Source: Eledone cirrhosa
Taxonomy: Eukaryota
Direction of reading: 5' to 3'
Assembly: GCA_964016885.1 (NCBI GenBank)
Contig: OZ024740.1
Span: forward strand, 33,542,001 to 33,606,000
DNA: 64,000 nucleotides
Under the pieces are notes generated by a model that was not told the DNA's origin, ran no database searches, and saw only the letters and a program-made list of their open reading frames with translations. Below, one piece after another: positions 26,609 to 40,024 of the stretch (position 1 is the stretch's first letter; each line of letters starts with the position of its first letter). The translations under genes and the position numbers were made by a program.

Positions 26609-26866
26609 GGGATGTTTGTTGGAGTAATTGGTAAAGTTGGTTCAGGCAAAAGTTCCTTATTGTATGCTATCCTAGGGGAGATGTCAAAGATAAAAGGAGA
26701 TATACAAGTGGTTAGTGCCTTAATTAATGATGGATTTGCCTTTGCACCTCAAGAACCTTGGATACAGAATGATACCATCAGAGCAAATATTATGTTTGGA
26801 CAAACAGAAAACATGAAAAAATATGACCAAGTGATCTCAGCATGTGCTTTAGATGCAGATTTGACG
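26609..26866 (+). CDS. ABCC10: ABCC10 coding exon 5 (Walker A, Q-loop)
   Basis: gctag|GGGATG ... TTGACG|gtaact; GKVGSGKSS and PQEPWIQNDTIRANIMFG; 258 bp. Confidence 0.95.
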
Positions 26867-27029
26867 GTAACTATAGAACAAAAATATTTTTTTATTTTAC
26901 TATTCTTGTAAGAAGTTTTTTCTATATGTCTTTATATTATTCCCAGTTATTTCAAACAGCTCTTCTTACAGAGTGTTGAGAGTTAATGGACTACAATTTA
27001 GCATTTTCTTTTGTCATATAGGTTTATCT

Positions 27030-27390
27030 GTGGAGGCAAAATGGCCACATAGTTAAGTTTGCTTCACAACGATTAGGTCCTGAGTTCAGTCTCACTACAT
27101 GGCATCTAGGGCAAGTGTCATTTATCATAACCTCAGGTTGACACATGCCTTGTGAGTGAAATTGGGTAGACAGAAACTGTTTGGAAGTCTCTCAGTTCGA
27201 CTGTACTTGGAATTCAAAGGACCAGCCTTGTCTGACACTGTGTCACAATGAAGCTCCCTGAGAATTACATTAAGGGTGCATGTGTCTGTAGAATGCTGCT
27301 CAGCCACTTATGTTAATTTTATGAGCAGGCTGTTCTATTAATCGAATAACTGGAACAGTTGTTGTTGAAACTGACAGAAGTCCATTGCAC
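27030..27390 (+). mobile_element. tRNA-derived SINE (composite)
   Basis: A/B-box-like head (tggccacatagttaag...gagttcagtctc). The 3' part (ccagccttgtc...ctccctgagaa...ctcagccactt...agcaggctgttc) is shared with 50740-51070. Confidence 0.7.
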
Positions 27391-27645
27391 AGTTTCATCT
27401 GTATAACTTATATATAACTTATGCTCCAATTATGCAGTTTAAACAGTTAAATTTTACTTATCAAAATGTAATTATTGTGTGGATTTTGCATGGCATTAAA
27501 TAAAGCCAGACTGACAATTAACATGGAAAAATGAATGTTTGAATATTTTGTTTATTTTGGAAATTGATTTGCATTTATTGCCAAATAGACTTCAAACATA
27601 ATTTCTAATTTCATTTAATATTTTATTGATTAAAAATATATGTAG

Positions 27646-27768
<123 letters not shown>

Positions 27769-28055
27769 TAATTATGTAATTATATGTAACTAGTAAAAGC
27801 CTGTCGCTATGCTGCTAGTAAAAAGTACTACCACCACTATCATCACCATCATCATCAGTTTTACATTTGTTTTCTATGCTGGTATGAGTTGAGTGAGACT
27901 TTTTGAGGCAGAATTCTATGACTGGATGCCCATCCTGATGGCAACCTTCACTTGTTTATAAGTAAAATACAAATCTTTGTATGTCTAACCACTGAGCAAT
28001 GGGATCTCTATTTATGTTGGATGTAAATAAATATCATCACTGCTTGCTATGTTGA

Positions 28056-28500
28056 ATCATCATCATCATCATCATCGTTTAACGTCCATCTTTCATGCTA
28101 GCATGGGTTAGACGGTTTTGTTCCATTTGAAGCGTCTCTGGCAGGTTTTTTTTTTTACAGCTGGATGCCCTTTCATAACTCCAACCACATTTACAGTGTG
28201 GACTGGGAGCCTTTTCACTGTGTCCCCTACACGGCCACCTTACAGTGTGGACTGGGAGCCTTTTCACTGTGTCCCCTACACGGCCACCTTACAATGTGGA
28301 CTGGGAGCCTTTTCACTGTGTCTCCTACACGGCCACCTTACAGTGTGGACTGGGAGCCTTTTCACTGTGTCTCCTACACAGCCACCTTACAGTGTGGACT
28401 GTTGTGTCATCGACACAGTGGACGGAACAGGAGAGGGAGGTAGGGTGTGGCAGTGGAGTGTACATTAAGTTAAGAGGTGCCTACTGACTGTAGGTTTGTA
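28056..28500 (-). mobile_element. RTE 3' UTR with ~49-bp internal tandem repeats (left half of an element split by CR1)
   Basis: (CAT)n tail, cgtttaacgtcc...ggatgcc, and repeated ttacagtgtggactgggagccttttcactgtgtc. Confidence 0.85.
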
Positions 28501-31198
28501 ATAATAATAATAATGAAAATATTGTGTACAGTGCTCAGGTGCACTACAACTCATCAAAAGTGTATGTATAGTACATAGGGTAATGTACAAACGTCAGGAA
28601 AATGAACAGTGCATGAGTCATGATATACACGTGTGCATGTGTATGGAAGGGGGACATCAGGTGTAGTTTTGTTAAAGGATGCAGTGTCTCAGCAGCTAAC
28701 AACTGACGCAGGCAGTTTGTTCCATGCTTCAGCAACTCTAAGCGTGAAAAAATGTTTCCGAAAGTCATGGGAGCTGTGCTGCTTTCTGACTTTGTAGGCA
28801 TGTCCACGTGTGTTAGACACATGGAGATCAAAAAGGTGCTCAGGGTTGTTGTTAGCGAGATGGTTAATAACTTTGTGGGTGTTTACCAAGTCCATTGCCA
28901 GACGTCAGAGCTTCAATGAATCCATGCCCAGGGAAGCAAGGCATTCAGAGTATGGTAGGTGTCTGATGGAGGGTATGCGCTTGGTTGCACGTCTCTGAAC
29001 AGTTTCCAGGAGGTCAATGTTCTGAGCAAGATAGGAGTTCCAGACTGATGATGCGAATTCCAAGTGTGGTCGTACCATAGCTGTATACAGCTTTAAATAG
29101 ATGGCTAGAGAGCGGCTAACAAAGGTCTTGCTGAGTGATGCCAAGACACCCTCGGCCTTCTTGACAATCTTAGAGACATGCTTTGTCCAACGCAAATCGC
29201 TGCTGACAGTAATGCCCAGGTCACGTTCACAAGAGGACTTCTTGATATCAGGAGGGAGTATGTGGACGCTGGAATTTTCCTCCCAAAATGCATGGTGGTA
29301 CACTTGTCCACAGCCAGCTTCAGTTGCCAGTCTGTGATCCATTGCTGCATTGTGTCCAGGTCTGATTTTAGGAAAGAGTTGTAGATTTCAGGATCTGTCT
29401 TTTGATTTCAAGGTACAGCTTGATGTCATCTGCATATTTCAGTACTGTGACATTCTTTAAGTTGGCATCTATGTCATTAATGTATGCAACAAACAAAAGG
29501 GGACCAAGAACAGATCCCTGTGGTACACCAGATGACATCTCATATGGTGAAGAATGCTGTCCTAGAACCGTGACTACCTCTTTTCAGCTGAGAATGAAGG
29601 ATTTCAACCAGTTAAAAAGATCATCCTTCTCACCCATTGCAGAGAGTTTCGCCATAAGTCTTTTGTGTGGCACAGAATTAAAAACCTTAGCGAAGTCAAG
29701 GTAAACAACATCCACAACATGGAATTTGATGTTAGAGATGGTGGAGATGGTACATTCTGGTTTTCAACAGTAAAAATGCTTGCATCGCACTCAGCAATGA
29801 GTTCTGCGCATTCTTTGGGATCGTCAGAGATGTGGCTTGTGTGAGGATTGCGAAGAGGACCAACTGGAGAGTGAGGTCTCTGCTTTGAATGTACATATTT
29901 CCAGAACACATTACTGTCAGGATTGGTTGCTATGCACTGTTCAAATTCAAGCACTGCCTTCTTTGTCATTTGCTTGAGATGGTTGGAAGATTTATCCGCT
30001 TTTTTCTGTTGGCATCTGATTTATGCAGTTTATATTCCCGTTCAGCGTTCCGACGTTCTTTCCTGGCAAGTCGGACCGCAGAAGTTTCCCAAATTGCACT
30101 TTTGGGGTGGGGTTTTTTCTGCTTGCGTGGCACTGATGCTGCACACGCTATCCATATTGAGTCCAGGATGCTCTGGAGTATAGTGTTCACATCTCCAGAG
30201 TTATAGGACTCATGCCAGTTTGGCGCTGTAGTTCAGTGCAGTACAAGTTCCAATCTGCTTTCTTCCAATCAAAGCAAGCAGATTGGAGATGGTTCTGGTT
30301 TTTGTTGCTGCCCGCAAGAGCCAGATTGGCAATGATCATAGCATGATCAGAGTCACCTAGAGGTTCCTCAGTAGTACAACTGATAACCACTTCAGGAGTA
30401 GTGGTGAAGATCAGGTCCAAAGTGTTGTCACCTCTTGTTGGAGAGGTGACTACTTGTGACCAGTTAGAGTCCAGCACTAGCTCAAGGAAATCGTTTGCAC
30501 TTTGTGGTCAACGAAAGGTTTCCCAATCAATCTCAGGATGATTGAAGTCACCTGCAATAAACACGTAAGTGGCTGTTTTCCTGGCAGCAGCTATGAGGAT
30601 ATCGCAAAGCTGTGTGTCCTGATGGTAGTTTGGGGGGCGATAAACAACACCAAGCAGAAGTGTTGACAAGGTCATACGTATGTCACAGAAAAAAAATTTC
30701 TTCTTGTGATTCGTTCAATTCAACACAAGGAATTACCGAAAAATTTGAACGAACGTAGACCATCACACCACGACCACAGCGATTAATGCGGTCCTTGCGG
30801 AACAGGTTGTACCCAGTAATGCTGAAAACCCCATCACAGAGTAAGGAATGTGCCCATGTTTCCGTGACTGTGATGAAGTCAGGGTTGATGCTTCTGACGT
30901 AGGAGTTAAACAGATGTATCTTGTTGCATAAACTGCGAGCATTTAAGGACAACAATTTGTACCGTGCTTGCAGTTTATGATGGTGTGTAGAGGATGGCAG
31001 GTTGTTCTGGTTTAGTTTCCCAGAGTTGTTGCAGTTTTTTCATTGCCAGTTATTTCATACCAGCTGGTATCTCTCTTCCACGTTTCACCAGCCTTAACAA
31101 ACCTCCAAATCTGCCCATCATCACGCAGACTAAAACTTTCATGTTGTTCTGAGTTCCAATTCAAGGAAGCTGCAGCATGTAGCTTTGGACGTACATCA
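28501..31198 (-). mobile_element. CR1-clade LINE, 5'-truncated and internally deleted, nested in an RTE
   Basis: APE endonuclease (LSLNARSL, TETW, GDFNHP, LDLIF, GDSDH), RT (GVPQGSVLGP, YADD) and CR1 C-terminus (RPHLEF, QRRATK, TRGH, FFTLRVAEAWNKLP); (TTA)n tail; 7-bp TSD GTTTGTA. Confidence 0.93.
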
Positions 31199-31295
31199 GT
31201 TTGTATGCAATGGTAGTCGGGTCTTCTGTACAACTGCATGGCGCCAAAGGTCTCGATCCAGTGTCATTGCCTTAGAGAATGTGAAGAGAAAAGAC
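31199..31295 (-). mobile_element. RTE ORF end (right half of the element split by CR1)
   Basis: SKAMTLDRDLWRHAVVQKTRL matches the RTE C-termini in the window. Confidence 0.8.
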
Positions 31296-31669
31296 AAATA
31301 GTAGGCTCTGTTTATATGAGATGTAAACAAATATAATACCTGTGATGTTGAATGTGAAGAGAAGAAAAGGGACAAACAGACACATGCACACATATATAAA
31401 CACATACTTACACATGTATATACACACACTTACATATGCATGAACACACACAGTAGGATTCCTTACAGTTTTCATCAACCAAATTCACTTGCAGGGTATT
31501 AGTTAACTTAAGGTTATAGTAGATGTTATTCAGTGGTATAGAACCCAGTGGTAGTGAACTTCTTAACCACTCAACCATGCTTACATCTGATCGTTTATTG
31601 GCTGTTTTTCATATCAGAGAATTTAGCTCCTTCTTATTTTACTATCTCCTCTTCAATGATTACATTGGT

Positions 31670-32010
31670 GACTGAGGAGATGAGTTCTTGCATGGAACAT
31701 ACTGGCTGACCTAATCTGCTGTGGGGTTGATCTGAAAGTTAGATAGCCAGGGCCAATTCTTGCATGGAACATACTGGCTGACCTAATCTGCTGTGGGGTT
31801 GATCTGAAAGTTAGATAGCCAGGGCCAATTCTTGCATGGAACATACTGGCTGACCTAATTAGCAGTGGGGGAGGAGGATCTGAAAGTTGGATAGCCAAAG
31901 TGAGAACAGGTTGGAAGAAATTTAGAGAGACAGATCTCTACTGACAACAAAGGACTTCCCTTTCAGAGTGAAGGGTAGTTTGCATGATGCCTGCATGTGA
32001 ACTACAATGT
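31670..32010 (+). mobile_element. Decayed RTE ORF fragment with an internal 70-bp tandem repeat
   Basis: ctaattagcagtggggga...agaacaggttggaagaaatttagagag (ISSGGG...RTGWKKFRE); 70-bp unit about 2.5 times at 31684-31860. Confidence 0.7.
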
Positions 32011-32224
32011 AGTTACAATGATAAAAAGTAATGTAGCTATAATAATATATAGTAATGTAGTTATAATAATAATATGGTAGAAGCACTGAGATACAACTGC
32101 ATGACTTGGATTGACTGTGGGTTGTTTTGGGTTACGTTTGGTGCCAAACGCGAGCTTTCGTGTGCAGACGACATCCTGGGAAAATGTTAACTTTTTGGAA
32201 TTTTGGATAAAAGATTTTGAAACT

Positions 32225-32380
32225 GCAATGTAGTTATAATAATATATAGTAATATAGTTATAATAATATATAGTAATGTAGTTATAATAATATATAGTGA
32301 TATAGTTATAATAATATATAGTAATGTAGTTACAATAATATATAATAATTTAGTTACAACAATATATAGTAATGTAATAG
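32225..32380. repeat. 24-bp AT-rich minisatellite
   Basis: tagttataataatatatagtaatg repeated. Confidence 0.85.
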
Positions 32381-32626
32381 TTGAAGATGTTCTCTGTTAT
32401 ACACTACTATTAGTTTTGTTTTTCTTACTGTTCTCAGATGATAAATGATGATAAGACCTCTACATACCAATAGTTGTGTAAGTGTTTATTTCTTAAAACA
32501 TAGCTGTATGGTTTTAGATAATTATTTATGCAAATATATGAAAATAATTGTTTTTATTCAGCTCAATTTTTTTATTACAAACTGTAGAACAAGTAGTCAT
32601 AAAGATATTTGATTTTGTTCTTTCAG

Positions 32627-32816
32627 GATAAAGAAACATATCTTTTAGATGATCCACTATCAGCTGTAGATGCCCATGTTGCACAACATCTCTATAAAAA
32701 CTGTATCAGGGGTATTTTAAGTGATAAGACTTGTATATTGTGTACTCACCACATCAAGTATTTACAAGGTGCAGATTTAATAATTGTGATGAATGAAGGT
32801 ACAATCGTGCAATCAG
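32627..32816 (+). CDS. ABCC10: ABCC10 coding exon 7 (Walker B, D-loop, H-loop)
   Basis: tttcag|GATAAA ... TCAG|gtaggt; YLLDDPLSAVDAHVAQHL...ILCTHH; phase 0/1. Confidence 0.95.
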
Positions 32817-33653
32817 GTAGGTCAAAAAGAATTACTTTATAGAATTGGGTCTGGATTAAAATTAAGTTTAGCTATGGTATTAAGTAAGATAAATAGAATC
32901 CATTAAATTTCTTTATCTTGCTTGTCTACCCATTATTATGGTATAACATATTAAAATTTCAGTGCTTGATCATACAAACATACATTAATAAGCCCCCACC
33001 CCACTAACTTCTATTTACAGTATATGGACACAAAATTGGCTGTAATATTTTATTTGACTTCTCAATTACATAGAACGTATTTACCTGAGCCAAGGCCTGC
33101 TTAATAATTAAATTTAATTTGATATGTAATGTTTACTAATTGGGCTACAAGTATTATCTTATGTTATTTCTTTATATAAGACTGAATATAGCAATTTAAA
33201 TAATAATTATTTATAAACGTTTGTATATGTATAATAAAGCCAAAACAATGCAGGTATGGACATAGAATAAAGAATGCAAATGCAAAAGATATTGTTGACA
33301 ATTAGTCTTTTACCTTAGATTTATTTAAATGTCCTTAATTTTCGAGATAATATCTCTTCTCTTCTTCGGAGGGAAGTAAAGTGGTTAAACCAGTGTTCTA
33401 AATAGCTTGCCAAGTCATGCTGACAGGAAATGGTATAGAGGATCTGTTCTATCTCTAATATCAAAGAGTTATGGTTAGGTGGATATACAAACGTTTATAC
33501 CTCATTACACAATGCTTCAAGTGAACTATAACTTCCCCAATTATTATTTAAATTAGATGTTTTTTAAGTAAATTAAGTAGACCCTGAAAAATTATTTGTT
33601 ATAAAATGCAATTTAAATAACAATACTAATTATAGCTATTTTTTTCCTGCTAG

Positions 33654-33896
33654 GACCTCCTGAAGAAATTCTTGAAAGCTTTTCTAGCAAACTTCTTGAT
33701 TCTATATCAAGTAACAGTAATGAGCTAGAAGAGAATTCAGAAGAAAAGGAAGAGGAGTTTGTAGCTTCTTCCAAATTAGTTGGAGCAGAAGAGAAGGAAA
33801 CTGGATCTGTGAGAGTGGCTGTTTATAAAACATATTGGAAAGCTATTAGCACATCCCTCTCCATAATCATCTTATTGTCTCTTTTATTCATGCAAG
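33654..33896 (+). CDS. ABCC10: ABCC10 coding exon 8 (linker, start of TMD2)
   Basis: ctgctag|GACCT ... CAAG|gtaaat; PPEEIL...EEKETGSVRVAVYKTYWKAI...LSLLFMQ; phase 1/1. Confidence 0.92.
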
Positions 33897-34129
33897 GTAA
33901 ATATGTTAGCCTATTTATTCATACAAACGTTTAAGAAATAAATAATTAACAAAAAAAAAAAATTAAAAAGATATTAAGGGTGTTATCATATGGAATAAGA
34001 GCTTATCATCATCCTCGTATTCATCATCATCATTTAACATCTGTTTTCCTGCTAGCAAAGGTTGGACAGGTCATTACAGACTGAGTCAGTACTGAAGTGG
34101 GGTTACTGATCTCTCGGATGGGCCACAGA

Positions 34130-34355
34130 TCTACATCTCTACTGGGTCCTTAGACAAGCTGGGGGCCCTCTTCTCATACCCCTGTGCTCTACTGGGTCCT
34201 CAGACAAGCTAGAGGCCTACATCTCACTTACATTATTGTGTTCTACTGGATCCTCAAACAAGCTTGAAGCCTTAATCTCACTTACATACAGCCCTGTACT
34301 CTACTGGGTCCTCAGACCAGCTAGGGACCTACATCTCACTTACATACACTCCTGT
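34130..34355. repeat. ~55-bp degenerate tandem repeat
   Basis: ctctactgggtcctcagacaagct...ctacatctcacttacat about 4 times. Confidence 0.75.
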
Positions 34356-35328
34356 GGTTTATTAAGTGTATATTATCATGGCATTAGCTGTATGTTTGAA
34401 CCCTTTTGTTACCATATTTTTTAATGAAATATTAATTTCAATTAATAATGAAGAATTTACAGGTATTTAGTAACATAGCTGAACTTATTTTATTATTAAA
34501 ATGATGTTTAGAACATAATTTAACTAAAATCTTCTTAAAATTATGATGAAAGGTTTTAATTAAGATATAAACACTTTAAAATGAACAGTTATGTATGATA
34601 AAAGCAGTGTCAGTTTCAGATGGATTGCTGTCAAAAGGGTTAAAGTTTTGTTTTCAAATTTGTTATATGTGGAATATAACATGTTTTTAGTTGAAATTTG
34701 ACTGTCATTACATTTTCTTTGCTATTTCTAAAACTTTAGCAGACAAAAGGTTTTGTTCTTTTTTTTTTTGTGCTTCTATTGGATTGTAACAAATTCCCGC
34801 TGTTTTTATTAAGAAGTTTTATAACAACGGCGGAAATTCATGTTACAACCCAATAAATTCACCTACAATGCCCAAGACATGCTGTATGTTACCATGGTGC
34901 GTCTACAATTCCATCTGGAGTTACATGTCTATATATGCATATTCATCTACAATGCCCATTTAAAATTTCAACTACAGCTGAATAAAAACAATGAAAAGAA
35001 GAAAGAAAATCAAAGTCAAGATATTTCAATAAAATCTTGTACCATACACCCAGTGGTGTATTGCTGAGGGTACAGCTACTCCTAAAAATTGTCGGAAAAT
35101 TAGGAATGTCTGCACCAAAAAAATTATAGGAAGAATATGCTTATGCATATGCTTTTTAACATTTTGTACCTTACACAATTTAAGATTTTGTACCATACAC
35201 AATTTAAGATTTTGTACCATACACAATTTAAGATTTTGTAACATACATCTTTTAAGATTTTGCTATATTGGAGAAATATTGTTTTCATATTGATTAAATG
35301 TTTAACAACTAACTTTATTTTGCTATAG

Positions 35329-35407
35329 CTTCAAGGAATATTACAGATTGGTGGTTGTCATATTGGGTTAGTCACTCACATGACCAAGGTCAAGGGAATA
35401 CTAATGG
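35329..35407 (+). CDS. ABCC10: ABCC10 coding exon 9
   Basis: ctatag|CTTCA ... AATGG|gtgaga; ASRNITDWWLSYWVSH; phase 1/2. Confidence 0.9.
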
Positions 35408-35502
35408 GTGAGAAGTTTTTAATTACTTTTCTCATTTTCTTCAATTATGTAGATATTGCTTTCTATTCCTTTTGGAACAACCCCTCTAGTGCAACTGGCA
35501 CT

Positions 35503-37715
35503 ATGTAACATACCCTGTCACCGCTGTAAGACATACAATGTAACATACCCTGTCTACCCTGTAAGACATACAATATAACATACCCTGTCACCGCTGTAAG
35601 AATACAATATAACATACCCTGTCTACCCTGTAAGACATACAATATAACACACCCTGTCACCCCTGTAAGACATACAATATAACATACCCTGTCACCCCTG
35701 TAAGACATACAATGTAACACACCCTGTCTACCCTGTAAGACATACAATATAACATACCCTGTCTACCCTGTAAGATATACAATGTAACATACCCTGTCTA
35801 CCCTGTAAGACATACAATGTAACATACCCTGTCTACCCTGTAAGATATACAATGTAACATACCCTGTCTACCCTGTAAGACATACAATGTAACATACCCT
35901 GTCTACCCTGTAAGTCATACAATATAACATACCCTGTCACCCCTGTAAGAATACAATATAACATACCCTGTCTACCCTGTAAGACATACAATATATCATA
36001 GCCTGTCATCCCTGTAAGACATACAATATAACACACCCTGTCACCCCTGTAAGACATACAATATATCATACCCTGTCACCCCTGTAAGACATACAATATA
36101 ACACACCCTGTCACCTCTGTAAGACATACAATATAACATACCCTGTCACCCCTGTAAGACATACAATATAACATACCCTGTCTACCCTGTAAGACATACA
36201 ATATAACACACCCTGTCTACCCTGTAAGACATACAATATAACACACCCTGTCACCCCTGTAAGACATACAATATAACATACCCTGTCTACCCTGTAAGAC
36301 ATACAATATAACACACCCTGTCTATCCTGTAAGACATACAATATAACACACCCTGTCACCCCTGTAAGACATACAATATAACATACCCTGTCTACCCTGT
36401 AAGACATACAATATAATACACCCTGTCACCCCTGTAAGACATACAATATAACACACCTTGTCTGCCCTGTAAAACATACAATATAACATACCCTGTCTAC
36501 CCTGTAAGACATACAATGTAACATACCCTGTCTACCCTGTAAGACATACAATGTAACATACCCTGTCTACCCTGTAAGACACATACAATATAACATACCC
36601 TGTCACCCCTGTAAGACATACAATATAACATACCCTGTCTACCCTGTAAGACATACAATATAACACACCCTGTCTACCCTGTAAGACATACAATATAACA
36701 TACCCTGTCTACCCTGTAAGACATACAATATAACATACCCTGTCTACCCTGTAAGACATACAATATATCATAGCCTGTCACCCCTGTAAGATGTACAATA
36801 TAACACACCCTGTCACCCCTGTAAGACATACAATATAACATACCCTGTCTACCCTGTAAGTCATACAATATAACATACCTTGTCTACCCTGTAAGACATA
36901 CAATATATCATACCCTGTTACCCCTGTAAGACATACAATATAACATACCCTGTCACCCCTGTAAGACATACAATATAACATACTCTGTCACCCCTGTAAG
37001 ACATACAATGTAACATACCCTGTCACCCCTGTAAGACATACAATATATCATACCCTGTCACCCCTGTAAGACATACAATATAACACACCCTGTCACCCCT
37101 GTAAGACATACAATATAACATACCCTGTCACCCCTGTAAGACATACAATATAACATACCCTGTCTACCCTGTAAGACATACAATATATCATACCCTGTCA
37201 CCCCTGTAAGACATACAATATAACATACCCTGTCACCCTTGTAAGACATACAATATATCATACCCTGTCACCCCTGTAAGACATACAATATAACATACCC
37301 TGTCACCCCTGTAAGACATACAATATATCATACCCTGTCACCCCTGTAAGATATACAATATAACATACCCTGTCACCCCTGTAAGACATACAATGTAACA
37401 TACCCTGTCACCCTGTAAGACATACAATATAACATACCCTGTCTAACTTGTAAGACATATACCCAGTCCACCCTGTAAGACATACACCCAGTCCACCTTG
37501 TAAGATATACACACTCAGTCTACTCTGTAAAACCCACCCTGTCAGACATATCCAGCCCACCCTGTCATACATACCCAGCCCACCCTGTAATAGATATCCA
37601 CCCCACCCTGTCAGACATATCCAGCCCACCCTGTCAGACATATCCAGCCCACCCTGTCAGACATACCCAGCCCACCCTGTCATACATACCCAGCCCACCC
37701 TGTCAAACATATCCA
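35503..37715. repeat. 35-bp minisatellite (about 55 copies) grading into shorter ~23-28-bp units
   Basis: aacataccctgtc(ta/ac)ccctgtaagacatacaatat; from 37450 the units are acccagcccaccctgtc. Confidence 0.97.
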
Positions 37716-37809
37716 GTTCTCTATTGCTGCATCAGTGGATGTAGATTGTGATTTGTGGTAAGACTTGTAACAACACATGTCAGCATCATCAACAAAACAG
37801 ATGTTAAAT

Positions 37810-38018
37810 GTTGTTGATGATGATGATGAAGGTGGTGATAGCAATGGTTATGGTGGTGATGATGGTGTTGATGTTGATGTTGATAGTGATGGTGTTGATG
37901 GTGATGGTAATGATGGTGTTCATAGTGATGGTAATGATGGTGTTGATAGTGATGGTAATGATGGTGTTCATAGTGATGGTAATGATGGTGTTGATAGTGA
38001 TGGTAATGATGGTGTTGA
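37810..38018. repeat. GAT/GGT-rich 21-bp minisatellite, segment 1
   Basis: gatagtgatggtaatgatggtgtt-type units built from triplets. Confidence 0.9.
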
Positions 38019-38321
38019 TCATCATCATCATCACCGTTTTACGTCCGTTCTTCCACGCTAGCATGGGTTAGACGGGTTGTCCTGTTGTGGGCAGTGTCTG
38101 GTCGGCTGACCATGCCTTGCTCATACAGGAACTGATCTGGCTTGATTTCTACAGCTGGATGCCCTTCCTAACACCAACCTCATTTACAGTGAGTGCTGGG
38201 TGCTTTTTCGTGGCGCCTACACGTCCACTTTACAGTGTGGGCTGGGTGCTTTTTTGCCGTGGCACCTCCACGACCACCTTGCGGTGGGGGGGGGGGGGGG
38301 GGGGCATATTGTTTATATGCT
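38018..38321 (-). mobile_element. RTE family 1, 3' UTR-only copy
   Basis: Nearly identical reverse complement of 39630-39940; (CAT)n tail. Confidence 0.92.
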
Positions 38322-38373
38322 GACATATTGATGATGCTGACATGTGTTGTTACAAGTCTTACCACAAATCACA

Positions 38374-38610
38374 TGGTGATGGTAATGATGGTGTTGATAG
38401 TGATGGTAATGATGGTGTTGATAGTGATGGTTATGATAGTGTTGATGGTGATGGTAATGATGGTGTTGATAGTGATGGTGTTGATGGTGGCGATAGTGAT
38501 GGTAATGATGGTGTTGATGGTGATGGTAATGATGGTGTTGATAATGATGGTTATGATGGTGTTGATAGTGATGGTTATGATAGTGTTGATAGTGATGGTA
38601 ATGATGGTGT
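38374..38610. repeat. GAT/GGT-rich minisatellite, segment 2
   Basis: Same units as 44900-47420. Confidence 0.92.
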
Positions 38611-39940
38611 TCATCATAGTCCTGCAGGCAATAACGGAGGAGTTTAAGACCGGATGCCCATGGGAACTCCTGTATGCTGATGACCTCGCACTCATAGCTG
38701 AATCTATGGTAGAACTAGAGAATAAATTCCAAACTTGGAAGCAGGGACTAGAAAGAAAGGGTCTCAAAGTCAACATGACAAAGACTAAGGTCCTTGTAAG
38801 TAGACGAGAAAACAGAACCCAGATCCCCTCAGGGAAATGGCCTTGTTCAGTATGTAGGAAAGGTGTAGGTAGGAACTCCATTCTCTGCCCCAAATGCAAA
38901 CAATGGGTACACAAGAGATGTAGCGGGATCTCAGGAAGCTTAATTAAGAACGTAGGCTTCACATGCAGCAGCTGTGCTGGGACAACAAGCAGCAAAGAGC
39001 CACGGGAAACAAGTACCACCAATCTCTGGGAGGGCTCTGTAGAAACAGTAGACAGCTCCTGTTACCTAGGTGACCGAATTAGCAGCGGAGGTGGGTGTTC
39101 AGAAAGTACAATAACTAGGGTAAGAACGGGATGGAAGAAGTTTAGGGAACTACTACCACTGTTAGCTGCAAAAGGCTTCTCCCTCAGAATGAAAGGCAGA
39201 CTGTATGATGCGTGTATCCGAACAGCGATGTTGCATGGTAGTGAGACCTGGGCGCTGAAGGTGGAAGACTTACGTAGATTAGAGAGAAACGAAGCCTGCA
39301 TGCTCCGATGGATGTGTAACAGTAATATACGTGAACAACAAAGCATAAATGAATTGAGAGAGAGACTGAGCATAAGAGGTATCAAATGCTGTGTGCAGGA
39401 GAGGCGGTTGCGCTGGTATGGACATGTGATGCGTATGAAGGATGACAGCTGCATAAAAAGGTGCAGAGCACTAGAAGTTGATGGAAACCACGGAGTGGGG
39501 AGACCCAAGATGACCTGGGATGAGGTGATAAAAGCCGACCTTACCCAATTACACCTCTCAAAGGCAATGACACACGACCGTGACTTCTGGCGTCACGCAG
39601 TAATACAGAGTACCCGACCTCCCATGGGTACAAGCTGAAGCATATAGACAATATGCCCCCACACCCCCCACCGCAAGGTGGCCGTGGAGGTGCCACGGCA
39701 AAAAAGCACCCAGCCCACACTGTAAAGTGGACGTGTAGGCGCCACGAAAAAGCACCCAGCACTCACTGTAAATGAGGTTGGTGTTAGGAAGGGCATCCAG
39801 CTGTAGAAATCAAGCCAAATCAGTTCCTGTATGAGCAAGGCATGGTCAGCCGACCAGACACTGCCCACAACAGGACAACCCGTCTAACCCATGCTAGCGT
39901 GGAAGAACGGACGTAAAACGGTGATGATGATGATGATGAT
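38608..39940 (+). mobile_element. RTE family 1 LINE, 5'-truncated
   Basis: Uninterrupted FIIVLQAITEEFKTGCPWELLYADDL, C4HC3 finger, RLRWYGHVMR and GRPKMTW to the stop at 39638, then 3' UTR and (GAT)n tail. Confidence 0.96.
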
Positions 39941-40024
39941 TGAGACACGAGTAACATAATAATGATGTCAACAGCAGAAATTAGAGATGAAATGTATGTT
40001 AATTTTTGTTGTAGCACAAATAAT

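Noticed and set aside
38193-38610. Apparent N-terminal extension of the 481-aa RT ORF
   Set aside because: It is read-through from an antisense RTE UTR and the minisatellite. The real LINE sequence starts at about 38608.
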